Source of the DNA: Trichoplax sp. H2
Lineage: Eukaryota
DNA length: 64,000 bases
Assembly (NCBI GenBank): GCA_003344405.1
Contig: NOWV01000028.1
Span: 310,001-374,000, forward strand
Direction: 5' to 3'
A program made the translations under genes and the position numbers. This document shows positions 51,501-64,000 of this stretch, in pieces. The notes under the pieces are model-generated. The model was not told the origin of the DNA, made no database searches, and worked only from the letters and a program-made list of their open reading frames with translations. The first letter of the stretch is position 1. Every line of letters begins with the position of its first letter.

Positions 51501-54500
51501 CACCTTTTTTATTATATCTCACAGTATGATATCGTACTTACGAGTATAGTAGAAAGTTGAAAGAGTGGAAGGTTGCAACGTCTAGTGTAATTGTATTCGA
51601 ACTTATGTTTGTAAATTAAATAGACAACAAATCCAATTAAGAGTGTTACAATTAGTCATAGCGATGATCCTATGTTGTGGGTCTCTTAATACAGTACTGC
51701 ACTATTTTTGTTGTCTTTCTATTATTTTATTATATCTTGGTGTAAAAGATATCAACATAACTCGAAATATCATACAATCCTTTTAATTTTAATTATTTGT
51801 CCACGTCAATCGGCATGAATAGTTACTGCATTATCACGTCCTACTTACACACTCAGAAATTTAGAATGATAACGTTGGTCAAGCCTTAAATTTACCAAAT
51901 TATTCTTAAAAATGAAGCAGCATGGTTTGTACTTGCTTTTTCTTCTAGGTTATCGATCGAAGAATTCGTGATTTAAATGTAGAAACTGAAATGGTGCCAC
52001 TAGATATAACGGCTACAAGTCTTGTCGAGAAAGGCTATAGGTAAGCAATTGTAATGAATAGTATGCAAGAATAAAATGCTTGTGTAAAATTCAGTCAGTG
52101 ATCAAATCATTTTATACTATATTGGATACTTAAACGGAAAAATTTTTAGTACTAAATAATTGATATGAAAGCATTGTTACCAGGATGATCATCGTCGCTG
52201 ATTTGTCTCATTTTCAACCCATTTGTGAAGATAATTTGTCTTAAAATCTGCCAATTGATACTTTGTATGCGCCTAGGGCTATTATCATTTCCGGTGGACC
52301 AAATAGTGTCTATTCATCGGATGCCTTGATATACGACCCAAATATTTTTAGCATTGGGATACCGATATTAGGAATTTGTTATGGAATGCAGGTAATAGAA
52401 TTTTAAAAGTTGAAAACGTAATATTGTAGTACTTGCAACAAGGTATTCAATATTAGAGATAATTATACTGCGCGTACAGACAATCTGCAAGTAGCATTTT
52501 AATTCATTGTACTAAAATTGAATTCTTCATTCAATTTATTAATGTTATAGCTATTAAATCTCCATTTTATACTAAAACCGTATTTCTTCATTCAACTTAT
52601 TAACGTTGTAGCTATTAAATCTCCATTTTATACTAAAATCGTATTTCTTCATTCATCTTATGAATATGTTACAGCTAGTAAATCTCCATTTTGGAGGTAC
52701 TGTAACAAAAGGAGATGTAAGGGAAGATGGACAATTTACCATCGATGTTGATCCTGATTGCCTATTATTTAGGTAATTTGAATATTATTTATATAAATAT
52801 AATGTTCAATAGCGTCAAACACAAGCATTGGACCTAAATCTATTGTCGTTAGATCATGCAATTGAAGATCGCTCTTTTGCTATTATTTGCATTAGTGGAT
52901 TATCCAAGCAACAGAATGTTCTTCTTACTCACGGTGACTCTGTTGATCAAGTCGCCAATACATTTAAAGTTATTGCGACGTCAGGAGATATCGTTGCCGG
53001 TATAGTATTTTGCCATTATATTGTTAATAGAGCTGATTCTATAAAACCAATCATAATACTTTAAATTTTGCTTTACTATAATAACACAAAAGTGGATTGC
53101 GTACAGTAATAACTCAACAATACAGTATAGGATATCTGCTAACTAAGGTATAACAACCGTTATTATGATAGCAATTGGAAACGATGAAAAGCACTTATAT
53201 GGCGTACAGTTTCACCCAGAAGTTGATCTTACCGAGAAAGGATCGGAAATATTTCGTAATTTTTTATTTAAAGTAAGTCGTACTCGTTTATTTATTGCTT
53301 TTAGTATTACTACACTTGCAGTAAGGATGATATTGTATTAAGATGTAAATACTACTGTATTACTGCGATAGAACTTTAATCGGGTTTATCTAATAGGATA
53401 GTTGGTCTATAGCTTGTAATACAACGCTTGTACTAATAAACAATTTTATTAATTAGATCGCAAAATGTCCTGGAAACTTTACGATGATTAATCGTCAACA
53501 GCAGTGTATAGATAATATAAAACAGAAAGTTAGAGATAAGAAAGCATTAGTAAGAGAAAACGGAAACATAATTGTAGTGTATCGATCTCGAACTTTCCAT
53601 ATACAGTTGAATTAATACTGAATCTTTTTTTTTGAAGGTACTTGTTAGTGGTGGAGTAGATTCTGCTGTTTGTGCAGCTCTCTTGCATAAGGTATGATGT
53701 AAAAGGTGAAATTACATGCGATATAACGGGCGAATCATTATTGTTTACTTTTGGCATAGGCTTTAGGATCCGACAGAGTAATTGCTCTTCATATTGACAA
53801 TGGCTTCATGCGCAAAAATGAAAGCGATGATGTTAAAATTTCACTTAGAAAGATAGGCTTAGATATAGAAATTCTCCATAGTGCCTATCATTTTTATACA
53901 AGTCACACTAGTTACCCGATAATGCTGGAGGGCATACCGACACGGCATATTACCGATCCACTAGTAAATGTTTACTCACCGGAAGAGAAAAGGCATATTA
54001 TTGGTGATACATTTGTGAGGGTAAGACAAATCACCGTCATTGTTATCTTGAAGATTCAGTGACTATCACGGATATCATCATATACATTGAATATATGCCA
54101 TGATTTATTGTCTATCCAGGTCGCTAATGAATATCTTAAGAATTTAGGTATTGAACCACAAGATATAGTATTAGCGCAAGGTAAAATTCGTTACTTAAAA
54201 TATATTGTCGTATGTACTATTATTTGAATGCTAGAACTCTCACATTTAATTTGATGGATCATAATAATATTTATGCTTACTCATTTCATAAAGTATAAAC
54301 GTTAATGTTATATCAGGTACTCTACGACCAGATTTAATTGAAAGTGCGTCTAAAGAAGCCAGTTCTGAAGCTCATGTTATTAAAACCCATCACAACGATA
54401 CAGATCTAGTTAGACAATTAAGATTACAGGTAAATTAACTATTAATTATTTGATTATTAAAGGCGTTCTGATATAAATTTCGTTCTTGCTGTTACACAGA

Positions 54501-55842
54501 ATGGTATCATAGAACCTCTTCAAGATTTTCACAAAGATGAAGTTCGGGCCCTTGGGATCGAATTAGGTCTGCCTCCTCATTTAATTAATCGACATCCATT
54601 CCCTGGACCAGGCCTTGCTATACGCGTTATTTGTGCAGATGAGCGTTACGTTACCAACGAATTTGGTGAAACGTGTTCACTATTACAATATATTGTGGAT
54701 TTTGCTAGAGCTCAACAGCGTGTATGAGTAATTTTTTTTGTAATATATATTTTTACCACTATACCATAGATCACTATAATGAATGAAATATTCATCATGT
54801 GATTATTTTACCTTGACAGCCACATGCCCATCTTACTCGTATTAGTGGAAGTTTAAGCCTGTCAGAACAAGAATTTTTATTGACATTCAGTGCTAAACAT
54901 ACAATATCGGCAACCTTGCTACCTATCAAAACTGTTGGAGTGCAGGTAGTTATAGATAGACGTTTTTTGATAATGTCAAAGATTAATGCGCAAGTCGTCA
55001 AAGAGTCACCTCTTTCTATTAATCAGGGCGATAGAAGAAGTTACAGCTATGTTGCTGGACTATCATCTGATGAACCTCCAGTATGGGAAGGATTGTTTAA
55101 ACTCGCTAAATTAATACCCCGAATTTGTCATGATGTAAACAGGTTTGTTAAGAAGTGTACATGTATCGAATTCTTTTATGGATGTTTAAACGACACTTAA
55201 CATGCTTGTGTTACTCTCAAATATTTACATTTGTAGGGTGGTTTATGTTAATGGACCAGCTATAGTACATCCGGTGCATGATATAACCCCTACTACTTTA
55301 TCAAATATAGCATTGAGCACTTTACGTGAGGCGGATGAGATTGTTAATTCAGCTTTACGTGACTACGGTTAGTATGCATTGCTTCATATTGATGCCGACT
55401 AAGTATGTTCAGATTGGTTTCATGATATTAATTATTGATTTAATAAAATGTCACTTTTTTACTAGATTGCTTAAGTAAGATCAGTCAAGCACCTGTTGTA
55501 TTAATTCCGATCCATTTCGATCGTGGCGCTGCTATGAAGCTACCGTCGACGAGGAGATCAATTGTATTTAGACCATTTGTTACCAATGATTTTATGACTG
55601 GTGTAGCAGCTATACCAGGGAAGCATATTCCGGAAGAGGTTAGAATGTTGTAATCGTACTTTTAAAAGCAGTACGTAGTGCAATACTACATTCTTATTCT
55701 TGTAATAATACTTAATCATTGATCATTTATTATCGATTAGGTTGTGTTTACGATTTTCAAAAATGTTGAAAAAATTCCTGGTATATCCCGTGTCTTGTAC
55801 GACATGACTTCGAAACCACCTGGTACAACAGAGTGGGAGTAA
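48549..55842 (+). CDS. GMPS: GMP synthase (glutamine-hydrolysing); 17 exons: 48549-48683, 51949-52040, 52277-52391, 52675-52772, 52896-52999, 53172-53272, 53457-53549, 53638-53691, 53760-54020, 54120-54180, 54317-54429, 54500-54721, 54820-54945, 55027-55142, 55237-55367, 55466-55638, 55741-55842
   Basis: [31 protein letters not shown] (catalytic Cys), [19 protein letters not shown] (PP-loop), [36 protein letters not shown] and C-terminal [10 protein letters not shown]. All joins are GT-AG and phase-consistent. Confidence 0.97.
50320..50585. repeat. Direct duplication (~110-130 bp x2) inside GMPS intron 1
   Basis: AACCATTTAGGC...ATGAGAGA.GGATC...AACCAA...TCCAGTCAAGGTG.CA.GAAAGATCAACT at ~50321 and ~50476. 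Confidence 0.8.
52500..52692 (+). repeat. ~62 bp x3 tandem repeat spanning the GMPS intron 3 acceptor and the first 18 nt of exon 4
   Basis: ...TTCTTCATTCA...AG|CTA(T/G)TAAATCTCCATTTT occurs three times, with the AG ending at 52550, 52611 and 52674. Confidence 0.92.
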
Positions 55843-56126
55843 AACATATACTCTCTACGACATTTGTATATCTCTAATGATACATTTTCTTTAAAGTGAT
55901 CGCGCCGAATAATATTTAGGCTTTTGTAAAGGAAGTGATGAGCCTTAACACTTAAAAATGTATTGTATTTTAATTGTTACTATTGTTCCGAAAGAGCAAA
56001 ATACAAATGATGTCACAAGTACATGAAATTCAGTAAGAACTACCATATGAAATGCAAATGTAATTTTTACTATATCTATAAAATCAGAATGACCATGGAC
56101 GGTTCTACAATTTTATTGCCGCTAAA

Positions 56127-56150
56127 ATATATATATATATATATATATAT
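56127..56150. repeat. (AT)12 microsatellite
   Basis: Read directly from the sequence. Confidence 0.95.
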
Positions 56151-57809
56151 TAATAATGTTTCTTAAGTCATTTGGAACGACTTGATATAATTAAGTGTAT
56201 TTCTCTGTTGTTTAGTATTCCATCTTCATAGTAAACGATATTCTTCTTCCGATATCACGATAGAAATTTGTATTTATGCTGTCAGTGTGAGGAAGTAAAA
56301 AAATTTTAGAGCGAATAGACTGTTGCTATTTCAAATAAACTGTATTGTCTATTTATGAAACGATACGTAGTCTACTATTTATTATTATTATTAATACGCG
56401 ACTTAGTTCACCAAATCTAAATTCAAACTTCACTGGATGTTCATGAAGTAGGTATAATTTAGATAAAAGTTATTGATATATCTGTACTGATTTTGATACT
56501 TGCAGTTGGTTTAATTTCATTATTATCGTTACGAGATAGGACAGAAAATCTTGATTTATTACGGCCGTTAGATTTCTTTGTCAACGCAATCGCTCAGCAT
56601 CCACTTTAAATACTTGATATTCATTTGTATTTGTAGAGATACTCTTTAAAAGTCAGTCGTTTTGTTTTATCTCTAAGCATACTGTAGGTAGTTATTAATT
56701 AAATGAATTAATGAGCCTCAATGCTCAGTAATTACAGAATTAAAGGTTGGCGTAGAAAATCAGTATAATCGATCATTACCATAAATTTCTGTCTAATTTT
56801 ATTTTAGCATAAAAATTGCTGTCTGTTGCCATCAAACCGTTGATAAGTAATGAATTGGAAACAGCTCGCATTGTTGTAACTAATGATGTAGTTTAGGAAA
56901 ACACTACAAGCAAGAGACAAAATCAAGCTCTTACATATGCTGTATAGGTATGGATAATTTTATTAGTCTGAATTGTAAGCCTACATTAGATATTTTCTTG
57001 CATATAAAGGAGTATAAATAGTAAATGACTGTAGTAGATAAAGATCGAACACAATTTTAGCACATACTGCAATTCCTTTTGGGCAGCCTTAAATTTATGC
57101 GCTATGTTATAAATTACAAAGTGGTAATATACATCTTCCTCTTCCACATGCTACAATTACCATGATAGCGTAATGGAAAAAGTTTGAAAAGACAGAAGAA
57201 GATGGATACAACGGTGTTTGTAGTCCATATTATCTACTATGATACGTAGACTACAGTGAACGACGATATCACACCATCACAAAGTCCTTATAAAGTGTAT
57301 ATCATCGTGCTGTAGTACAGTATAAATAAATCAAATGCAGAAGACTATACAAAAAGCGCATAAATGTAATAAAGAGTCATCTCCTCTATTAGCTGACTCC
57401 ATTTTGAACTCTATTATCATGCTCAGTAACATGGTTTAAACTAGAAAGCAACCATTTGTAATTTCCAAACTCAACTTTTCAACTAAAAATCAATAAAAAT
57501 GTTACATAAAAGAAGTAACAGCTAGTAAAATGAGAATGTATCCATTTCAGGACCAACATCGAACTGAGTAGTACTTTCTATCCTTTTATATGTACAAGCA
57601 TGCAGTTCCTTTTTACATTACTACTGTTAATAATAATTAATTCTATAACAGAGGTCATTCGTTATCTTTCAACTTGTTTTTCTACTTACAATATAAACAT
57701 GTTTACAATTAATAGACTAATCCATAATCCCTTCCAGATGGATTTCAAGAATGTGTACGAAAGTCTAGCGCAAGAGGAAATATCATCCATTGGCATTTAC
57801 TTGAATATC

Positions 57810-60176
57810 TCAGTTTTGAATACCAATGTGCTGTTTGATATCATCTAATATCTGTTGCATTTCTTCGTCATCGTATTTTCCATTTAGGCTGGACGTATTT
57901 TTGCGACAAAAGATTAATAATCACAGTTAGTATCAAAACAAAAGTTACTGCAATAAAGAATTATAATGCACAGTGATGTAGTGATTAAAATACGAGTTCA
58001 TTTCGCGTATTCTATTATATTATCATTGGATAAACTTAAGCTTTTCTTAGCTAGTAGATTGAAACAACTACCACAAAGCAATTCAATCGATGTTGTTGCT
58101 ACTACAGTATATCCAATAGTTTATAGATTAATTATTAAAGAAAGACATTATGACATCTACGCTTCTTAAGATCAACTTGTTAATCTAATATAAATTACAC
58201 TACCTTGGCATCAAAGATTTAGCTTCATCGCTGGTTTCCGGACATAAATTAGCAAGACTGGCCAGCTCAAACTTGTGAAAGTTGTGCTTGTTTAAAAGGC
58301 TATAATATAAGTAGGAGAAAATTGTCTGTCACGAGTTAGTTAATGATCATTATATCTACGACTAATTAATTATTTTATGTCATATTGCATTATGAGAGGA
58401 GAACTTGGACACCCCAATTGCTAGTTATAAAGTGGTCAAAAATCAGAATATTGCTCTACGTCGTTAAGTGAGGTTTGACACTATTATTAATGAGATATAC
58501 AAAAGTATGATTGTATCATTTACTGCTCAGTTGATAGGGAATTTCTTAACATCCTATGAATAATGTTTCAAAATTAAGAAATGGCGTGTTTGGAATACTA
58601 AACGATGATGAGTAAGTAACTCTTTGATGACTCATCCATCTCCTGCATCTATCTGTATCAACAATGGCTCTAATGAGAATACTGTTCTTAATATCACGCT
58701 CTGGTCATTATTCAATCTAAGCGTACAGTATCGGCACAGTTTAACTGGTTAAATTGAGCAAACTAGAAATCGAGACCTATATAAAACGTGTGATATTTCA
58801 TTTACATTAACAATCAAATATTAACACATAACTACAGGGGCAAATCATTAATTGACATCAACTTATGGATGAAAAGTTAATCTAACGTATCATCCATCCA
58901 CTACGCCATCCTTTTCTCTGCCTATGAAGATCTCGTGTCTTATATTATGATGGAAAAGATCAGTGCCAATATACCAAGGTTTTATAGCAGTAGTGTTCAC
59001 AGACTTGCAACGCTACCACTACTACCTATTTTTCTTTCTGCATACAAGAGTAGTGACAGAACTACGTAGTATGGAAAATTGACTTTAGCATGTCGATAGG
59101 AATATAATACGCGTATGAATAACGATTCCACTTTCAGTATGTGAGTTATGACAAGATTGTTGTACCGTCGTTGTTGGTCCATGGCCATGACAATGCTTGT
59201 AGCGAATTTATCTTGGAATTTTTGATTGCCCATGAATCCATTTGCTTCTAGTGTACGTCGATGACTCCAATTATTGATGGAATATTGTCTTTTACTCAAG
59301 TCCATGATTTTCTAGCCAGCGAAGATGCAATACAATCTAGTCCTATTGGCTGTAACATGGAGTCCATTTAAGAAGTCGCGAAGAATGGAGCAAGTTTATT
59401 TGTCATTTCATATAGTACCGTGTTGGCCTTGGAAAGAGTCTATCCAGGGTTTACTGACTGTATCGATCTGTTGGGGTCTGCCAGTCATGGCATTAAACTA
59501 AACTAATACGTCCTATGGGAAATGGTGAACAGGTGTAGTTGGAGGTAGACCTGACTTGGAGGCAGAGTTTTTATGTTTCTCACCACCAAAACGTGAGCTC
59601 TCGCTGTCGACTATATAAATTAGTCGCTAGTGAAGGTCAAGACCCGCGTGGACAATTTTAAGTCTTAAGCATAACCTATGCATTCATTGCGATCAGTAAT
59701 GAAAGACTAGTTTAAGCTAGAAACGGTTGATTGGACGGAATCCCTTCCCTGTCATGACTACCCATGGAGGAAGTGAATAAAAAGATGCTCGTCGGCCATC
59801 TTACCTTCTGACAGCAGCTATCGTCTCCTTATTCTTAAATTTACTAAATCTCTTGGTATGGCTCAGCGTTTTTTGAAATACTTCAGACATTTCTTGATCT
59901 TCATCCAATTCATCAGCCTCATTTTGTGCTTTTCGATGCTCTAATAGCATACAAACCTCGGCATTGATCAACGTATCGGCATTCTCAAACACTGTGTCAA
60001 AGAGACGATCGTGTCAAAAAATGCATTACAATCCACAGTAAGGACAAGTGGATCCCTTCCACTTTCTTATCCATCAATCCATTCTAAATCTCTACAGTCA
60101 TGACAATCTACTTACAGCTGCCAAATTCTAACTTGGTTGCGTCTTCGTCTTGCTGTTGCTGTGGTACTGTCGCCAT
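57810..60176 (-). CDS. POLR2D: RNA polymerase II subunit RPB4; exons 60176-60116, 59991-59805, 58299-58204, 57888-57810 (140 aa)
   Basis: [80 protein letters not shown]. Joins are GT-AG and phase-consistent. Confidence 0.96.
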
Positions 60177-60259
60177 TTCCTTCCAATTTTCAATGTGGCG
60201 GCTACCTCGGACACGTTGGATGGGGGCCAATTTGCGACTTTCTTGGACGCTTGACGCCT

Positions 60260-61800
60260 TCGGTCGACTCACTGTACAGTAGTTGACCTGCAGTCACCTG
60301 GTACAGTACAGTCTGAAGCGATCCATTGTTCTGTCAGTGGAGTGACTCACCGTGCAGTCAGTGTCTCAGTGACTGCTGTACGGTACAGTACAGTAAGACT
60401 AAGACTACAGTATTCGTTTTGATACTGTAGACTGTACAGTGTGCAAGCAGTACTGTAGGGAAATGAAGCTACCAAGCAGAGTATGAAGCAGAGTACATCT
60501 CACCTGCACTGAGTATGAAAGCAGGGGACTACGGTAGTACTGAGTGCACTCAGTACCCTCGGATGGATGGACATTTCAGGCTTTTACAGTATTCGCTTTC
60601 ATACTGTACACTGTACAGTATGAAAGCAGTCCTGTAGGGAAATGAAGCTACCAAGCATAGTATGAAGCAGACTACACCTCACCTGCACTGAGTATGAAAG
60701 TAGGGTACTACGGTAGCCATTCAGCCATGTACTGTACTGAGTGCACTCAGTATCCTCGGATGGATGGACATTTCAGGCTGGTTCCAACCACTTTCGTAGT
60801 ATTGCACGGATGGACATTTTAGCTTGACAGCGTCAAAATACTGTTCTAAACGCTTGTGCTCGTTACTACTTCAGTATGGAGATTCTTCATTCTGTTGTGG
60901 ACGGTATGCATGATCGGAGATTGGCATATGGTAGAGGACTACCCCCCCCACCCCAAGTCGGCTGATGTATCAATGACCACAGCATTCACGGTCTATCCTC
61001 AATATTGAGTTATTCTGGACCTTGGAGCTACTACAGCTGCGGATTGTGCCAATTGGATCCAAACATTAATATTNNNNNNNNNNNNNNNNNNNNGTAGGGA
61101 AATGAAGCTACCAAGCAGAGTATGAAGTAGGGTACACCTCACCTGCACTGAGTATGAAAGCAGGGGACTACGGTAGTACTGAGTGCACTCAGTACCCTCG
61201 GATGGATGGACATTTCAGGCTTGTACGGTATTCGCTTTCATACTGTACTGTACACTGTACAGTATGGAAGCAGTACAGTACTGTGTACTGTAGGGAAATG
61301 AAGCTACCAAGCAGAGTATGAAGCAGACTACACCTCACCTGCACGGAGTATGAAAGCAGGGTACTACGGTAGCCATTAAGCCATGTACAGTACTGTACTG
61401 AGTGCACTCAGTACCCTCGGATGGATGGACATTTCAGGCTGGTTCCAACCACTTTCGTAGTATTGCACGGATGGACATTTTAGCTTGACAGCGTCAAAAT
61501 ACTGTTCTAAACGCTTGCGCTCGTTACTACTTCAGTATGGAGATTCTTCATTCTGTCGTGGACGGTATGCATGATCGGAGATGGCATATGGTAGAGTACT
61601 TGGACTACCCCCCCCACCCCAAGTCGGCTGATGTATCAATGACCACAGCATTCACGGTCTATCCTCAATATTGAGACTAATTGAGTTATTCTGGACCTTG
61701 GAGCTACTACAGCTGCGGATTGTGCCAATTGGATCCAAACATTAATATTCCAACTCATTTCCTTCTCTATATTTTTCCATCGATGACGTTGAAAGATAGG
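60260..61800. promoter_or_regulatory. Head-to-head (bidirectional promoter) interval between RPB4 and fumarase, built from ~180 bp palindrome-rich repeats; interrupted by an N gap
   Basis: Divergent ATGs at 60176 (-) and 61806 (+). Units begin GTAGGGAAATGAAGCTACCAAGCA at ~60455, ~60634, 61094 and ~61290. Confidence 0.6.
61074..61093. other. Assembly gap (20 N)
   Basis: Run of n in the sequence. Confidence 1.
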
Positions 61801-61805
61801 AAGAC

Positions 61806-64000
61806 ATGCTAGCCAAGACGTATCGACAATTAATATCCCATCGTATCCCTTGTAGAACATGGAAAATCAATGCTAGACTAGCCAGCAATACTAGTGCAAA
61901 AGCAGCTGCATCAGCTGCTGCTGCACCTGGTACTACTTTTCATTACGAAGATATCATGTCTCAAACTGGCCCTTTAGATATTCGTTATAAGAAATTGACC
62001 AATGACTATGTCTCAACTTTTCAAGTCAATGGTAAAGAATGCTTAAAAATTGATAATCAAGCCTTACGATTGCTTTCTTCTACCGCAATGGTAGATATTG
62101 CTCATCTTCTCAGACCTTCCCATTTGCAGCAGTTGCGTAAAATATTAGATGATCCTGAAGCTTCTTCAAATGACACATTTGTTGCTTTGGAATTACTCAA
62201 GGTTATCCATCAAAATAGCCAATAACCTAGCATCACTACGACCATGCTAACAAAATAAAAGCAGTAGGATAAAGATGAATCTTAAGAATGTTACTTTTTC
62301 ATTGATTCAGTATACTTTCCTAGCATTCTACCAATCTTTTCATTGTAGTACTATTTCTACCTACAGTACTACTGTATAAACAAGATTGCGTACAGTAGAC
62401 AAGTACATTTCTCTTCCAGTCTTGCAAATGAATCTGCTGTATCAACTTTTCATATAATACGTTTGTTAAATACTAGTATTAATACTGGATCTACTGTAGT
62501 ATCATGTGAACGATAAATAACTACAGACTAACCTAATAATGAAAACATAGCATGTACCAATAAACGCGTTCTGAATGTCATGTTATCTGTAGAATGCTAA
62601 TATAGCTGCCGGAATGATATTGCCTGGTTGTCAAGATACTGGAACTGCAATAGTGATTGGTAAGAAAGGCCAGTATGTCTGGACAGAAGGCAAAGATGAA
62701 GAAGCTCTATCTCAAGGCATTTATGATGCCTACACTACCAAAAATCTCCGTTACTCACAAGTATATAGTCCAATGACGAATAAGCTATCTCATTCTATAT
62801 TTGAATATAGGCTGTTGTTGCTATTGTTATCACTTTTCTAATATGTACACATATACTCATCAAGCGATGCCTAACTGATTTATGCGATTAGAAGAACTAA
62901 CAACCTTTCACTCTGCGATTACTTAGGTTGCCCCTTTGGATATGTTTACAGAAAAAAATACTGGCAATAACCTACCAGCACAAATTGAACTCTATGCTAC
63001 AAACTCCAATCAATACGACTTTCTTTTTCTTGCAAAAGGAGGTGGCTCTGCCAATAAGACATTTCTATATCAAGAAACAAAGGCCTTGTTAAACCCTGAA
63101 AGGCTTACCCAATTCATAGGTAAAGTATACCTTGAGGGTTACTATTGGTCAATAATTCATTAAAGTAGTACCAAGAACAGTCTCAACTTTGTAACCTTTC
63201 CAAATTATTGAATTAATTAGTGAATCCCTGACACTTTTCTGTATTGTAGAATATATTTATAAGCTATGGTTTAACTGCAGGTAATGCATTGCGATAAATA
63301 CTATACAGAATGACTATAAAATAGATCACCATATACTGTACATTATTAAATCATCTATTGAAAAATTATACGTAATTAATACATCATGCAATATACGGTT
63401 GATCCTGGCAGTTAAACTGCTTCTTCACAAGATGTAAATTATAATACTTGTATGAATAAGGCTGTGTAATATTTGAACGTGATATAATAAATGATTGGGA
63501 TTACCTGGGCTTGTGAAATATCACCATTTTTAGATAGAATACACGACAGTATAAAACGTCATGATGAATATCATATCAACCTTTTCATGAAAGCAGATCA
63601 TCCTTATGCACAGACAGCTTGACTGGTGTATGAATAACTTAGTAAATAAAAGACACGGATACACTATACATATTGAATTATTGATATCGTATCTTCCAAT
63701 AGATGAGAAAATCAAAACTATTGGTACCGCTGCTTGCCCTCCGTATCATTTAGCCATTGTTATCGGTGGACTATCTGCTGAAATGACCCTGAAGACAGTT
63801 AAATTAGCTTCATGTCGCTACCTGGACAACTTGCCAACAAAAGGTATCATTAATGACTCGGTAGGATGAAGTTAATAATTAGAATAGCAATTGCTACGTG
63901 TTAACAGCCCTTATGATATGTTTCATTACGTTGGTAGGAAACGAATATGGACATGCATTCCGTGATATCGAATTAGAGGAAAAAGTTCATCAACTAAGTC
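61806..64000 (+). CDS. Class I (4Fe-4S, FumA/FumB-type) fumarate hydratase with a probable mitochondrial presequence; exons 61806-62201, 62593-62760, 62927-63119, 63703-63843, 63938->64000 (3' truncated by the window)
   Basis: [89 protein letters not shown] and [10 protein letters not shown] are class I fumarase motifs. The N-terminus is Arg/Ser/Ala-rich and free of acidic residues. Confidence 0.95.

Noticed and set aside
60455..61750. Apparent ~620 bp direct duplication on either side of the N gap
   Set aside because: The sequence ending at the gap (…GGATCCAAACATTAATATT) is repeated at ~61731-61749 with only small indels and SNPs. This is most likely two haplotypes or overlapping contig ends left unmerged, not a real duplication.
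48549..64000. GMPS and fumarase as a functional purine/fumarate gene cluster
   Set aside because: They are separated by RPB4 and transcribed independently; proximity of housekeeping genes in a compact genome is sufficient explanation.
1..64000. tRNA, rRNA or snRNA genes
   Set aside because: No recognisable conserved RNA gene sequence was seen by eye; a tRNAscan-SE/Infernal run would be needed to exclude them.

Overview
AT-rich, intron-containing animal genomic DNA with short GT-AG introns and intronless GPCR arrays. The style suggests a placozoan such as Trichoplax, but that is inference. From left to right the window holds: a GC-rich promoter-like patch (~1.1-1.4 kb); a putative spliced SEA-domain secreted protein (- strand); a possible decayed kinase relic; a tandem array of rhodopsin-class GPCRs (3 intact plus 1 truncated pseudogene, - strand) with non-canonical activation motifs; a heavily decayed GPCR pseudogene; a further intact GPCR (+); an intronless F-box/ankyrin gene (-); a 3-exon gene fusing a Tudor-like N-terminal domain to an apparently catalytically dead piggyBac transposase; a 17-exon GMP synthase; a 4-exon RNA polymerase II subunit RPB4 (-); and, head-to-head with RPB4, an intron-containing class I (Fe-S) fumarate hydratase that runs off the window end. 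Many diverged 60-400 bp tandem duplications are scattered throughout. The most interesting items are the domesticated Tudor-like/piggyBac fusion, a shared ACTGTACA-N-TGTACAGT perfect inverted repeat upstream of unrelated housekeeping genes, a triplicated splice acceptor in GMPS, the class I fumarase and the atypical GPCR motifs. All exon structures were inferred by eye from reading phase and GT/AG sites; no searches were run.
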